Below are positions 9,192 through 19,818 of a stretch of DNA of 64,000 bases, one piece after another. Made by a program: the position numbers and the translations under genes. The stretch spans positions 2,529 to 66,528 of the forward strand of contig DDTM01000001.1 in assembly GCA_002344075.1 (NCBI GenBank), in the 5' to 3' direction. The notes below the pieces were generated by a model. That model worked only from the letters and a program-made list of their open reading frames with translations, was not told the DNA's origin and ran no database searches. Every line of letters begins with the position of its first letter. The stretch's first letter is position 1. The DNA is from Bacteroidetes bacterium UBA2364 (GTDB taxonomy: Bacteria > Bacteroidota > Rhodothermia > Rhodothermales > UBA2364).

Positions 9192-9394
9192 TGGAAAAAA
9201 TGTGAGGGTTAAGGAAACAAAAAAACGTTCAACGTTTGGGCCGTTGTAAGGTTGCTCCGTTTATCGTCCGACACCAACGTTTCAGCCGGAATCGCTTTTC
9301 TTCCCGTTTAATTCGTTTTCTCAAATCCCAATGGCTTCGGTTTTTAAGTAGTTTTATTAATTATCACTTTCCAATTCACCAGAATGAACCATCC

Positions 9395-10471
9395 ATGAGT
9401 GTAGCCCCTGTAAATACGGAATCTATTCTGGCAGATAAAGCCGAATATTATTTGGGATTTAATACCCCGAAAATCAGTAAAGAACAACTTCATTTGCCCG
9501 GCAGCGATTTTGTTGACCGCGTTTTTGGCATTAGTGACCGGACGCCTCAGGTACTCCGCTCCATTCAGGCCATGTTCGGAACAGGCCGCCTTGCCAATAC
9601 GGGCTATCTGTCCATTTTACCGGTAGATCAGGGAATAGAGCATTCTGCGGGTGCTTCTTTTGCCAAGAACCCCATCTACTTTGATCCCGAAAACATCGTA
9701 AAATTGGCCATTGAAGGCGGTTGCAATGCCGTATGCTCTACTTATGGTGGACTCGGCTCGGTAGCCCGAAAGTATGCGCATAAAATTCCGATGATGCTCA
9801 AGATCAACCACAATGAATTATTGACCTATCCCAACAAGTTTGATCAAGTAATGTTTGCGCAGGTCAAGAATGCATGGGATATGGGCTGTGTTTCGATTGG
9901 CGCAACGGTCTATTTTGGATCGGACCAATCCACCCGGCAATTGATGGAAGTCTCCGAGGCGTTCGCCTATGCGCATGAGTTGGGCATGGCTACCGTCTTG
10001 TGGTGTTATACCCGCAACAACGCATTTAAGGTTAATGGCGTAAACTACGAAACGGGCGCCGACCTGACGGGCCAAGCCAACCACCTTGGTGCAACTATCG
10101 AGGCTGATATTGTGAAACAAAAACAACCAGACTGTAATGGCGGTTTTAAAGCCCTCAATTCTGGAAACTCCAGCTATGGCAAATTAGATGAGCGGATGTA
10201 CACCGAACTTGCAAGCGATCATCCAATTGACTTGACGCGCTATCAGGTAGCCAATGGTTATATGGGCCGCATCGGCCTCATCAACTCCGGCGGCGGTTCT
10301 GGCTCCAATGACTTACAAGATGCTGTTATTACCGCTGTTGTGAACAAACGCGCAGGCGGAATGGGCCTTATTTCCGGCAGAAAAGCCTTCCAACGCCCCA
10401 TGAATGAAGGAATCGGTATCTTGAATGCCATCCAAGATGTCTTCTTAGACGAATCCGTAAGCATTGCATAA
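9395..10471 (+). CDS. fbaB: Class I fructose-bisphosphate aldolase (FbaB/DhnA type)
   Basis: [39 protein letters not shown]...[22 protein letters not shown] closely parallels E. coli FbaB. The start is set at MSVAPV (9395); the track ORF starts at 9236 with a non-homologous extension. Confidence 0.9.
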   Translation: MSVAPVNTESILADKAEYYLGFNTPKISKEQLHLPGSDFVDRVFGISDRTPQVLRSIQAMFGTGRLANTGYLSILPVDQGIEHSAGASFAKNPIYFDPENIVKLAIEGGCNAVCSTYGGLGSVARKYAHKIPMMLKINHNELLTYPNKFDQVMFAQVKNAWDMGCVSIGATVYFGSDQSTRQLMEVSEAFAYAHELGMATVLWCYTRNNAFKVNGVNYETGADLTGQANHLGATIEADIVKQKQPDCNGGFKALNSGNSSYGKLDERMYTELASDHPIDLTRYQVANGYMGRIGLINSGGGSGSNDLQDAVITAVVNKRAGGMGLISGRKAFQRPMNEGIGILNAIQDVFLDESVSIA

Positions 10472-10494
10472 GCACGGATCCATTCAACACGTTG

Positions 10495-10526
10495 GCCCCC
10501 GTCCCTTGTTTGGCGGGGGCTTTATG
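10495..10526 (+). terminator. Rho-independent terminator of fbaB
   Basis: GCCCCCGtcccttgtttggCGGGGGC followed by TTTATGTTT. Confidence 0.7.
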
Positions 10527-10730
10527 TTTCCCTTTCCGTTGCCAACGCAACAAACTTTATTTTATCGTATCTTGTGTAGTTGATGCACCTAAAGACCCCG
10601 TTTGTGGCGGCGCACCCTTGCTTACGACCTTTATGGAGTCTGGTTTTCCAAGGCTGCATTTTGTCATTTAGCCTCATACCATATTTTCGTCAACACGAAC
10701 CTAAAACTAACAACTAAAGAAGGTGTCAGA

Positions 10731-12050
10731 ATGTCTCGTGTCTCGTTTCACACCCTCGGTTGCAAGCTGAATTATGCCGAAACCAGCACCATTGCCCGCG
10801 ACTTCAAGGCACAAGGCTACGAGACCGTGCCCTTTGAAACAGCCGCAGATGTAACCGTCATCAACACGTGTACCGTCACAGAACAGGCAGAGGCCAAGTG
10901 CCGCAATGCCATTCGTCGGGCACTACGCGCAAATCCAGACACTTTTGTGATTGTTACGGGCTGTTATGCACAACTCAGACCAGAAGAAATTGCCACAATT
11001 CCCGGCGTGGATGTGGTGTTGGGTGCACAGGAAAAATTCCAAATTTTCTCCCTTTTCAAAGATTTCGAGAAGCAAACACAGACACAAGTTACGGTCTCTT
11101 GCATAGATGATGTAGTGGCCTTTGGTCCGTCATACTCTTCCGGCGAACGCACCCGTGCTTTCCTGAAGGTACAAGACGGATGTGACTATATTTGTTCTTT
11201 TTGCACCATCCCACAGGCACGTGGAAAGAGCCGATCCGCGCCAATCGCCGAAACCCTCCGTTCCGCCCGTGAAGTCATAGAAAAAGGATACAAGGAAATT
11301 GTTCTTTCCGGTATCAATATCGGTTTATACGGACAAGAACATGGAACCGACCTTCTGGCTTTATTACGCGAATTAGACCAACTCGAAGGAGTAGAACGTT
11401 TCCGTATCTCCTCCATCGAACCCAATTTACTCACGGACGACATCCTTCAGTTTGTTGCCGGATCTAATACATTTCAGCCACACTTTCATATCCCGTTGCA
11501 AAGCGGTGATAACGAGGTTTTGGGAAAGATGCGACGACGATACCGCCGTGAACTTTATGCCGAACGCGTGCAGAGAATCCATGCCCTCATGCCCGACGCC
11601 TGTATTGGAGTGGATGTCATTGTGGGATTTCCGGCGGAAACCGAGACCCATTTTGAGCAGACCTACCAGTTCCTGAACGAATTACCCGTTTCGTATTTCC
11701 ACGTATTTACCTATTCGGAACGACCCAACACGACTGCGGTGGAGCAGTTGGAGCGCATGGGAACGCCGGTACCAGCAAGAGAACGCGAACGCAGAAGCAA
11801 AATGTTGCGCATTTTATCCGCCAAAAAGCGATTGGCCTTTCATCAGGCAAATACAGGTACTACACGTCCGGTGCTGTGGGAAGACGAAGAAAAGAGTGGA
11901 CTTATGTTTGGCTTCACTGATAATTATGTAAAAGTCCAGACACCATATGATCCGGAAAAGGCAGGATCTATCGAAACAGTAACCTTGGGAGTCTTGGCTG
12001 AAGACGGGACGGTGAAAGTGGAAGACAAGGCTTTTATCTCGATTCTTTGA
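10731..12050 (+). CDS. mtaB: Radical-SAM tRNA methylthiotransferase, MtaB-like (UPF0004 + radical SAM + TRAM)
   Basis: MSRVSFHTLGCKLNYAETS N-terminus, a CDYICSFCTIP CxxxCxxC cluster, and a C-terminal TRAM-like region. The start is set at 10731. Confidence 0.85.
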   Translation: MSRVSFHTLGCKLNYAETSTIARDFKAQGYETVPFETAADVTVINTCTVTEQAEAKCRNAIRRALRANPDTFVIVTGCYAQLRPEEIATIPGVDVVLGAQEKFQIFSLFKDFEKQTQTQVTVSCIDDVVAFGPSYSSGERTRAFLKVQDGCDYICSFCTIPQARGKSRSAPIAETLRSAREVIEKGYKEIVLSGINIGLYGQEHGTDLLALLRELDQLEGVERFRISSIEPNLLTDDILQFVAGSNTFQPHFHIPLQSGDNEVLGKMRRRYRRELYAERVQRIHALMPDACIGVDVIVGFPAETETHFEQTYQFLNELPVSYFHVFTYSERPNTTAVEQLERMGTPVPARERERRSKMLRILSAKKRLAFHQANTGTTRPVLWEDEEKSGLMFGFTDNYVKVQTPYDPEKAGSIETVTLGVLAEDGTVKVEDKAFISIL

Positions 12051-12264
12051 GAGAACCAGCAATAAAAAGGCTGCCTAAGACCTCAAAAATATCTATTTTA
12101 TTTTTCGGAAGTTATTTTTTGGCGCGATTTTTAGTCTATACTATATAATATAGAATCATAAACCCACCACCCAACGGAAAAGAAAGGGAGTTTTTTCCGT
12201 TATGGTTGTTTATAGAACGCCCTTCATAACCACTTATGTAGGTTTGGGCAAAAACACGCGCTTC

Positions 12265-14550
12265 ATGGAAACCAATTCCCTTTCCGACCCTTCGCAGGTA
12301 CACTATTTGGTCATTGTGCATGGCATGGGCGAACCACGCGAAGGAGCCACCGTTCTCCCCGTGATCAATCGCATGGCCGAGATTCGGGCAAAAGAGATGT
12401 ACCCCACCCTCGATCTTAAACTGGGGATTAAAGAAAACACCATTTCACTGGGACGGATGCTCCCCGCTGGTGGACGACAAAAGTGGGTAGAATTTAAAGG
12501 TATTCCCATCAAAACCGAAGTCAAAACTTCAGAAGCCTGCACGCCAGCCTCTGGTACCCCCACAGCCACTTTTTTGGGAGAACCTTCAGACTGTGGCACC
12601 AATATCCGCTTTGTGGACCTTTTCTGGGGAGATATCACCACCCAACTTTTTCCAAAAGCCGCCGAGCCTGTCAACCTATGGACTCGAGCCTTAATCAACC
12701 GTGTAGAGCAACGCTGGAAGGCACAACGGCGAGATAAAGTATCTAACTCTGGCCTTTACCAAGCCAATGTAGAGATCCAACTTAAGGTGCTCTTAGATAA
12801 CCTTCGTAAAACCCTGATTCCCATTCAGCAGGTACTCTCACTCCGATTCCGGTTTTTATCCGAGCTTATTTTTGATAAGTTTATAGGTGATGTTCAGCTT
12901 TATGCCGAATACATGACCTGCCGAGAAGATGCGATCAAGCGTTTTCATGCTAAAATGAGCGAAGTACATCGCGCACACGACATGACGGAAATGGAGCGCA
13001 AACTCATGGGTGCTGAACCCCGTAAGCCCGTTTATCACGTGATTGCACACAGTCTTGGAACCGTCATGTCACTGGATGCCTTGGTAGAGGGGGCCGCGAC
13101 CGAAGCACCTTGGTTTCCTTTTGTCAAAAATTATGTGACATTAGGCTCCCCGATAGATAAGTTTCTGATGTTGTGGCCAGAAAATTATCACCATTTAGAC
13201 AACCTCAATCATCCCAAATGGAAGGGCCTTATCTGGTCCGAACGTGCATCACGGGTGCAAAAAATTAGACACTTCAATTATTGTGACGAGCAAGACCCTG
13301 TAGGCCATAACTTAGACTTTTTGGAAAAGAAACCCGTAATCGGACACTTATTCGAAACCATCGAAGACAAGGTTTTCGTCCGTTACCCAGTTCCCGGAAA
13401 GGCACATGTAGATTATTGGACAGATGTCGAGTTGTTTCGACATATCCTGCATGTTACCATAGATGACAAGCCCATTACCGATCCTAAGCCACGCAAAAAA
13501 CAGGATTTCCGGAAAACCATGTTGGATATGATGGCCTTCGGTCAGCAAGCGGAGTCCAACCAAGCCGCTACCAAAAACAATGAAGCCGCGCCCGTTCAGT
13601 GGTATCTTCCGAAGGTCTATAAAGAAGTGACCAAAATCTCTTACGTCTTGCTCCCATTGATTTTTTGGACGGTTGCAAGCGCTCTACTGTTGTTTTTTGG
13701 CCTGGGAACCTCTTTTGCTAAAGAAGGTGCCGGAAAATTGTTTGACGATTCGGAATTGGTCTCAAGGACCCTCTTGGCATTTACCTTTTTAGGGGGTTAT
13801 GGTCTCTCAGAATTACTCGCCACCTTAACCGGGAAATCTTTTCCTGAGTGGATCCGTTCTACGAAGCGACCCGCTTTATGGATTACCATTGGAATAACAG
13901 CTATTGCGCCTGTTATTTTTACAGGCATTATCACCATTGGAACCTGGGCAATGCTCCTCATAGGCATTTTAGTAGGTATTCTTTGGCTTTATTTCCGAGT
14001 GATGGAGTTAATGATTCAGTGGAGGCAGATGACGGTTATGCTTACCGATGCCACCAATAAAAACGCACCGGAACTCGAAGACCGCATGACCAAACGCATT
14101 GTTTTACGCATCCGTATTGCGGTATGGGGTTTCTTTTTTCCGGCTTTATTTCTTTTGTTCGGATTAGAGTGGTTCGACCGTGTGGTGGATTTGCGCCTTT
14201 TTGTGACTTCCCCCCTCCCAGTGTTGACCAGTTTATATCACTATCTCTCGCGAGGTATGGCAGATTTGCTCTTTCCGATTGCTATGTTTGTAGGCCCGAA
14301 TCCAGATTATACCCGTTACTACAATGTCATCGTCACAAGTTTTGTTTTGCTTTCGATGACAGGCTCCTTGGTGTATGTGTACCGCGCCCTAAAATACTTT
14401 ATCGAACGGAACAAAACGATCGCGATGAAGCAAGACATGCAGAACAGGGCGGCTTTATTTGCCCCTGAAATGTTACCAGACGCCCGTTCAGAGGCCGCCC
14501 TTGGCAACAGCAACCTAAACAAAACCTCACAGACACCAACACCCCATTAA
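12265..14550 (+). CDS. Alpha/beta-hydrolase (lipase/esterase-like, GxSxG) fused to a C-terminal polytopic membrane domain
   Basis: Oxyanion-type VHGMGEP, nucleophile elbow VIAHSLGT, then GSPIDKF and CDEQDPVGH (candidate Asp/His). After about aa 460 there are 6-7 predicted TM helices. The start is set at METNSL (12265). Confidence 0.6.
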   Translation: METNSLSDPSQVHYLVIVHGMGEPREGATVLPVINRMAEIRAKEMYPTLDLKLGIKENTISLGRMLPAGGRQKWVEFKGIPIKTEVKTSEACTPASGTPTATFLGEPSDCGTNIRFVDLFWGDITTQLFPKAAEPVNLWTRALINRVEQRWKAQRRDKVSNSGLYQANVEIQLKVLLDNLRKTLIPIQQVLSLRFRFLSELIFDKFIGDVQLYAEYMTCREDAIKRFHAKMSEVHRAHDMTEMERKLMGAEPRKPVYHVIAHSLGTVMSLDALVEGAATEAPWFPFVKNYVTLGSPIDKFLMLWPENYHHLDNLNHPKWKGLIWSERASRVQKIRHFNYCDEQDPVGHNLDFLEKKPVIGHLFETIEDKVFVRYPVPGKAHVDYWTDVELFRHILHVTIDDKPITDPKPRKKQDFRKTMLDMMAFGQQAESNQAATKNNEAAPVQWYLPKVYKEVTKISYVLLPLIFWTVASALLLFFGLGTSFAKEGAGKLFDDSELVSRTLLAFTFLGGYGLSELLATLTGKSFPEWIRSTKRPALWITIGITAIAPVIFTGIITIGTWAMLLIGILVGILWLYFRVMELMIQWRQMTVMLTDATNKNAPELEDRMTKRIVLRIRIAVWGFFFPALFLLFGLEWFDRVVDLRLFVTSPLPVLTSLYHYLSRGMADLLFPIAMFVGPNPDYTRYYNVIVTSFVLLSMTGSLVYVYRALKYFIERNKTIAMKQDMQNRAALFAPEMLPDARSEAALGNSNLNKTSQTPTPH

Positions 14551-14652
14551 AACCATCGCCTGCTACCGTTTCTTCATATCCGTTGGAATATTCTGGCGGA
14601 TATTTTTTATCCCTAACTTCCCAAGAATGCAACAGACGTTTTCTCCTTCGTA

Positions 14653-15243
14653 CTATGCTTTCTGCTTTTGTAATGGACGTTTTCGTTGCATCTGACGCGG
14701 GCCATACCAGAGCCAAAAACCAGTGATGCTAAACACCAGCAAGGCCAACCCCATGATACTGGTGTACACAAGTTTAATGATCCCACCTTCGGTTTCTAAA
14801 TAGCGATCCAGTATAGAGCCATCATGGATGTGCTCTACCAAGTCGGCATTTCTGCGTTCAATGAGCAGCACTTTTCCGGTTGCCCCATCTAATTGAATAC
14901 CCCAATAATGATCTGCAAAAACAAACTTGACACTTCCCTTGTCTTGTCGGACGTCAATTCGGTCCAGTCTTGTAGAGAGTTTAGCCGAAATTTTTTGGTG
15001 CAAGGTCTGATTTGCCACCGCCTGCAATTCATGCAAGGGCTTCCATTCCCGTAGTTCGGTTGTGGTTCCTTTTTGTGTAGGGGCCAGTAACAATCCATTG
15101 CTGTTCTTCTTCCAACCCAGCAGCAAGCCAGAGACCGCAATCACCATAAAAAAAACAACGAGGGAAATACCAGTTATCCGATGAACTGCCCTGAAAATGC
15201 GGAGTGTTTGGGCTTGTTTTTTCCGTTTTTCGGTGTCTTGCAT
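14653..15243 (-). CDS. PepSY-associated TM helix domain protein
   Basis: RIFRAVHRITGISLVVFFMVIAVSGLLLGWKK at the N-terminus and IMGLALLVFSITGFWLWY at the C-terminus. This is the typical PepSY_TM architecture. Confidence 0.7.
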   Translation of the reverse strand: MQDTEKRKKQAQTLRIFRAVHRITGISLVVFFMVIAVSGLLLGWKKNSNGLLLAPTQKGTTTELREWKPLHELQAVANQTLHQKISAKLSTRLDRIDVRQDKGSVKFVFADHYWGIQLDGATGKVLLIERRNADLVEHIHDGSILDRYLETEGGIIKLVYTSIMGLALLVFSITGFWLWYGPRQMQRKRPLQKQKA

Positions 15244-15249
15244 GAGAGA

Positions 15250-16692
15250 TTATATTACCGTTTTTAAAAGATCATTTTTTACGGCCAGCATATATGCAAA
15301 AGCAGCTCCATGCTCATTTGGAATCCGGCCTTCGAGAATGGCCTCTTCTATGGCCTTTTTAATGATCCCCACTTCTTTGCCTGGTTTTAGTCCCAAGACC
15401 TCCATAATTTCGTTACCCTTTACGGGTGGCTGAAACTGACGAAGGCGGTCTTTTTCCTCAACAATACGCATTTTTTCTTCCACCAAATCAAAATGAGCCA
15501 GATAACGTGCTACACGTTGCGGATTTTTGGTGGTAATGTCTGCCCGAACAAGTGCCATCAGGTCTTCGAGGTCATCCCCTGCATCAAACAAGAGACGCCG
15601 CACCGCCGAGTCCGTCACTACTTCATCCACCAATGCCACCGGGCGATGGTGTAGTGATACTAATTTTTGCACATAACGCATCCGCTCGTCCACAGGTAAA
15701 CGAAGCTGTTTAAAAATACCCGGCACCATCCGCCCCCCTCTGTCCTCGTGCCCGTGAAACGTCCAGCCAATACCTTGTACATACCGCTTGCTCTTCGGCT
15801 TTCCGATATCGTGTAATAATGCCGCCCAACGAAGCCAACGGGTTTCTTCAACAGGGCGTCCACCAAGCGATTCAGCAAGATTGTCTAACACCTGTAGGGT
15901 ATGAAAAAAGTTGTCTTTGTGCTTATGACCTTCCATATTTTCTACGCCAGCCAAGGCAGTAAGGGCGGGGAACACATGGGCCAATATCCCTGTTTCGTAC
16001 AAAACCCTCAAGCCAACGGAAGGTACAGGACACACCATGATCTTTTGCAGTTCGTCCGTAACCCGCTCCATGCTGATAATCCGGATACGTTCTGCCATTT
16101 TTTTCATGGCATCGAAAGCTTTTGGATGGATACTGAACCCAAGCTGGGTAGCAAAGCGAGCAGCACGCATCATGCGCAAGGGATCATCAGAAAAGGTCAC
16201 TTCTGGGTCTAAAGGCGTCCGAATGAGTTGTTCGGCCAAGTCTTTTTGCCCACCAAAAGGATCCAGTAATGTACCAAAAGTATTCGCATTTAGGGAGACA
16301 GCAAGGGCATTGATGGTAAAATCGCGGCGATTCTGATCTTCCTCCAAGGTTCCCTCTTCAACAATTGGCTTTCGGGAATCCCGAGAATAACTCTCGCTAC
16401 GTGCGCTCACAAATTCTAATTCTAAAGAACGGCCTGCGGAAAGATGAAGGTGTACGCCTGCGGTTCCAAAATTTTTGTGCACATGAGCCATACCCACCCC
16501 ATATGCCGCTGCCACGGCCTGTGCCAACCGAATGCCGCTTCCAGGACCAACTGTCACAAAATCTAAATCTTTAGTTGGTCGTTGCAAGAACCAATCACGT
16601 ACCCCGCCCCCCACCATGTAGACAGGTAGGGCCATCTCATCTGCAAGCGCACCAATCCGGCGAAGAATGTCTGAATACGGAAGCCTGTTCAA
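15250..16692 (-). CDS. cca: CCA-adding tRNA nucleotidyltransferase / poly(A) polymerase family protein with HD domain
   Basis: The GGGVRD nucleotidyltransferase motif (MVGGGVRDWFL), RDFTINA, and the HD motif LLHDIGK. Confidence 0.85.
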   Translation of the reverse strand: MNRLPYSDILRRIGALADEMALPVYMVGGGVRDWFLQRPTKDLDFVTVGPGSGIRLAQAVAAAYGVGMAHVHKNFGTAGVHLHLSAGRSLELEFVSARSESYSRDSRKPIVEEGTLEEDQNRRDFTINALAVSLNANTFGTLLDPFGGQKDLAEQLIRTPLDPEVTFSDDPLRMMRAARFATQLGFSIHPKAFDAMKKMAERIRIISMERVTDELQKIMVCPVPSVGLRVLYETGILAHVFPALTALAGVENMEGHKHKDNFFHTLQVLDNLAESLGGRPVEETRWLRWAALLHDIGKPKSKRYVQGIGWTFHGHEDRGGRMVPGIFKQLRLPVDERMRYVQKLVSLHHRPVALVDEVVTDSAVRRLLFDAGDDLEDLMALVRADITTKNPQRVARYLAHFDLVEEKMRIVEEKDRLRQFQPPVKGNEIMEVLGLKPGKEVGIIKKAIEEAILEGRIPNEHGAAFAYMLAVKNDLLKTVI

Positions 16693-16914
16693 GGATTGTA
16701 TCTCCTAAACCAAATAAGACAAAAGGGCATATTAGGGGCTGCCTGTTCGGCATCACAGGCTTTAAAGATACAAGATTTGATATGTATATTTTTCAAAAAA
16801 ACAGACCAAGACGCTGCCATTTCTTTTTTATAAACAGGTTTTCCCTCGTGTAAAACCTGTTTATTCCGCCACAAAAAGATCAGACATTCTTCCCATCAGG
16901 CTTCGGCAAAACCA

Positions 16915-17808
16915 TTATTCTGTATAGCCCGACTCTTTGGAAAAATGCCTATCCAGTACTTCTCGTACCACCTCCACAGGCATTTCAACCTCCGTCCATT
17001 GGCGATATGCTGCCGCTGCTTGCCCAATAAACATTTCAAGGCCACCGATCGTATTTCCTCCGGCGTTGGCTACCTCCCTCAGAAAGCGGGTCTGGACCGG
17101 GTTATAAATAAGGTCGTAGGCGGTATGATGCACACCAAAATCCGCTACTTCACCCCAAACAGGTTCTTCGATATGGGGATACATCCCTTTTGGAGTGGCG
17201 TTAACCAACAAGTGTGCCGCCCGAATGACAGGGCCAGCTACAGGCCATGCAACGATAGATAATTTTTCGTCAGGATCATAAGGGCGCATGGCGGCAATCA
17301 ATCCTTGTGCCTTTTCCGGTGAACGAACCACCAATCGGATTTTATACAGGTCGAGATGCATCAACAAGCCATAGAGTACGGCACGTGTTGCACCTCCGGC
17401 GCCAAAAACCACCGCTTCTTTTCCGGCAAACGCGGCAACATAGGGCCATAGCGGCGTCAAAAACCCAACCACATCGGTGTTGTCTCCATAAAGCAACGGG
17501 TGGCCTTCTTCATCCACTTTGCAAACAATGGTATTAACAGCGCCTATGGCTTGAGCCGCTTCGGAACATTGATCCATCAACCTAAAGGCGGCTTCTTTAT
17601 GCGGGATGGTGACATTAGCACCCGAAAACCCCAATGCCAGAAGACCACGAATGGCTGCTGCAAGATGATCCGGTTGAACGGGTGATGCCAAATAGGTTCT
17701 GTTCAGGCCCTGCGTACGAAAAGCGACATTATGAATGAGCGGAGAAAGAGAGTGACAAACCGGCCAGCCAAGAACCGCAACCGGCTTCGTGTTCGTATTG
17801 GGGAGCAT
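16915..17808 (-). CDS. aroE: Shikimate dehydrogenase
   Basis: VLGWPVCHSLSPLIHNVAF, NVTIPHK, GDNTD, and the GAGGATRAV NADP-binding loop. Confidence 0.9.
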   Translation of the reverse strand: MLPNTNTKPVAVLGWPVCHSLSPLIHNVAFRTQGLNRTYLASPVQPDHLAAAIRGLLALGFSGANVTIPHKEAAFRLMDQCSEAAQAIGAVNTIVCKVDEEGHPLLYGDNTDVVGFLTPLWPYVAAFAGKEAVVFGAGGATRAVLYGLLMHLDLYKIRLVVRSPEKAQGLIAAMRPYDPDEKLSIVAWPVAGPVIRAAHLLVNATPKGMYPHIEEPVWGEVADFGVHHTAYDLIYNPVQTRFLREVANAGGNTIGGLEMFIGQAAAAYRQWTEVEMPVEVVREVLDRHFSKESGYTE

Positions 17809-17918
17809 ATTGTTTTTTCAGGCTATGATTAAAGGAACAAACAATGCCAAAATAAGTGCCCGACCACACACTTCGTGTACCCGGGCACCGTTTTCCGTCA
17901 TTTTTAGGTTTAGCGCCT

Positions 17919-18851
17919 TTATCGGTGGCGTAACAAATGTGGGTTAAGTTTAGCAGCTTGTTGCCAGTAGTTAGAAAAGGCATCTAAGTCGCCCTTCTGA
18001 CGATAGGCCAAAGCAAGGTTATACAAGGTCGCGGCATCCTTTGGCTCCCCATTCAACGCCGTTTGATAGCAAACAATCGCTTCGTCGAACCGAGAAAGTC
18101 TTGCGAGTACATTACCCCGATTATACCAAGCAGCCGTAAAATTTTCTTCTACAACAGTGGCAAAATCGTAAGACTTAATTGCTTCCTCTAAACGCCCCAT
18201 CCGCGACAATACAATCCCCCGATTATACCAAGTAAGGTAAGCGTAAGGATTATTGTTCAGTTGCTGCTCGTAGCAATACAGGGCACAGGCGTCTTTTTCC
18301 AACATTTCGTAGCAGAATCCTAATTCGTGCCAGGCTTCCTCGTGCTCCGGTTGGTATTTCACACAAGCCTTAAGATGACGAATGGCCTCTTCGTAGCGGT
18401 TCATTTTCTCAAGCAGCCATCCCAAACGAAAATGTGCTTCCACATGGAAAGCATCGGCTGCAATGGCGGTTTCGTAGGTAACAACAGCTTCGGCTGGAAA
18501 ACCCGTTTGTTCATAGGTCTGACCAATCTGAACCATCGAATCGGCATCAAGTGGATTATAGATCAGGTGTTGCCGGAAGGCATCCCGTGCATCAGCAGGC
18601 CTTTGAAGCGCATTCAGTGCCAATCCTTTCAAAAACCAGCCCGTTGTGGAGGCCGGATACAAGGCCAACAAGCGCGTGATCGCACCAAGGGCTTCATGCG
18701 GGTTTTTGTGTTCCAGATACCAAACCGCAATATGCGTTAGAAGATCAGGATCAATAACGGATTCTGGATTTTGGCCATAGGTCGTTAATAAGGACGCGGT
18801 ATGGGCTGGCTCTGCCGAGAATTCCGACGACTCAAATTCAAAATCGAACAT
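17919..18851 (-). CDS. Tetratricopeptide-repeat (TPR) protein
   Basis: Repeated 34-aa W/Y-x-x-G/A...A...Y/F...A...P pattern throughout, e.g. AWHELGFCYEMLEKDACALYCYEQQLNNNPY and TWYNRGIVLSRMGRLEEAIKSYDFA. Confidence 0.8.
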   Translation of the reverse strand: MFDFEFESSEFSAEPAHTASLLTTYGQNPESVIDPDLLTHIAVWYLEHKNPHEALGAITRLLALYPASTTGWFLKGLALNALQRPADARDAFRQHLIYNPLDADSMVQIGQTYEQTGFPAEAVVTYETAIAADAFHVEAHFRLGWLLEKMNRYEEAIRHLKACVKYQPEHEEAWHELGFCYEMLEKDACALYCYEQQLNNNPYAYLTWYNRGIVLSRMGRLEEAIKSYDFATVVEENFTAAWYNRGNVLARLSRFDEAIVCYQTALNGEPKDAATLYNLALAYRQKGDLDAFSNYWQQAAKLNPHLLRHR

Positions 18852-19201
18852 AGATGGTGGTGGTTGCTCAGAATATTTCGGAGAATGGTTTTCCGAACCT
18901 AACTTGGAGTATTCTGTCTTTAAAAGGGTTTATTCCAAGTCTCAAACTGATACCAACTTTTAATCAATGCGATGTTTCAGTGAATTTGCGACCCTGCAAG
19001 CGCTTTGCATTGATACGAGACCCAAAAATCCACACTTCCTTAATATAACGCATCGCGTCATTATTGTATTTGCTTTTCCTTTTATTGTAATTTGGACATT
19101 ACCAAACCAGTCAGATAGTTTACTACCTTTGTAACCAAACAAAACGAAATAACGTGGGAACTTACCAACTGCTGATCTTCCGGATCGCCAGCCGTTTTAA
19201 T

Positions 19202-19771
19202 ATGGCTTATTCTCCTCTTGGCAAACTCATTCGGAAGCAAACAAACGATGCTTACCGTGCCGAGAACCTTTTCATCCTTGCCGCTGCCACGCTAATCATC
19301 GCCCTCATGCTGGCCAACCAATTTGCTTGGGCGTTTATCCGAGAGGAAGTTTTGGCAAACCCGCAAGGCGACGTGGCCATTACCTATTGGCTTGTACAAC
19401 TTTCTTTCATTGTTACCTTCCTTTTTGGTTGTGTAGTCGGGTTTAAGCCTGTAGTCACCATTACCTGCACGTCCTCATCTGTAAACATTCAAAGTGGCGA
19501 TTTGCGGACAGCTATTGGTTACGACGAAATTCAGCAAGTAAAGATTATTTCTGCGGACCTCTTCCATCGCCACTACCGCCGCTACAAAGCTACCATGCCT
19601 GTCATCAATGGTACAGAACAACAATACGCACTATTGGTGACCGAACATCATCCAGTGGTTCTTGGACTCTGTAGTGCAGATCTCGATGCTTTTGTTCAGC
19701 ATGTAGAAGCACAACGGATCCCCGTATCTCAGGACTTTTCCATCGAGAACCGTTTCGCATTTGCTGCTTAA
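19202..19771 (+). CDS. Hypothetical membrane protein (two TM helices plus a soluble C-terminal domain)
   Basis: An ORF with hydrophobic helices (LFILAAATLIIALMLANQFAWAF; YWLVQLSFIVTFLFGCVVGF). No recognisable catalytic motif. The ATG at 19202 is preferred over the GTG at 19154. Confidence 0.5.
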   Translation: MAYSPLGKLIRKQTNDAYRAENLFILAAATLIIALMLANQFAWAFIREEVLANPQGDVAITYWLVQLSFIVTFLFGCVVGFKPVVTITCTSSSVNIQSGDLRTAIGYDEIQQVKIISADLFHRHYRRYKATMPVINGTEQQYALLVTEHHPVVLGLCSADLDAFVQHVEAQRIPVSQDFSIENRFAFAA

Positions 19772-19790
19772 TTACGATAAAATGACTTCT

Positions 19791-19818
19791 AAGCCCGGTT
19801 TTTTAAACGACTGGGCTT
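19791..19818 (+). terminator. Probable terminator hairpin
   Basis: AAGCCCGG, a 13-nt loop, then CTGGGCTT followed by ATTTATTGTTCTTTT. Confidence 0.45.

Noticed and set aside
9236-9394. Long N-terminal extensions in track ORFs: fbaB here, and also 10602-10730 (mtaB), 20237-20335 (SBP), 23050-23118, 24096-24137, 40558-40758 (psd), 49049-49183 (rlpA), 53516-53590 and 61459-61614 (GTPase).
   Set aside because: The extensions are non-homologous and often Arg/Phe/Cys-rich. Each precedes an internal ATG that starts exactly at the conserved N-terminus or signal peptide, so the shorter starts were used.
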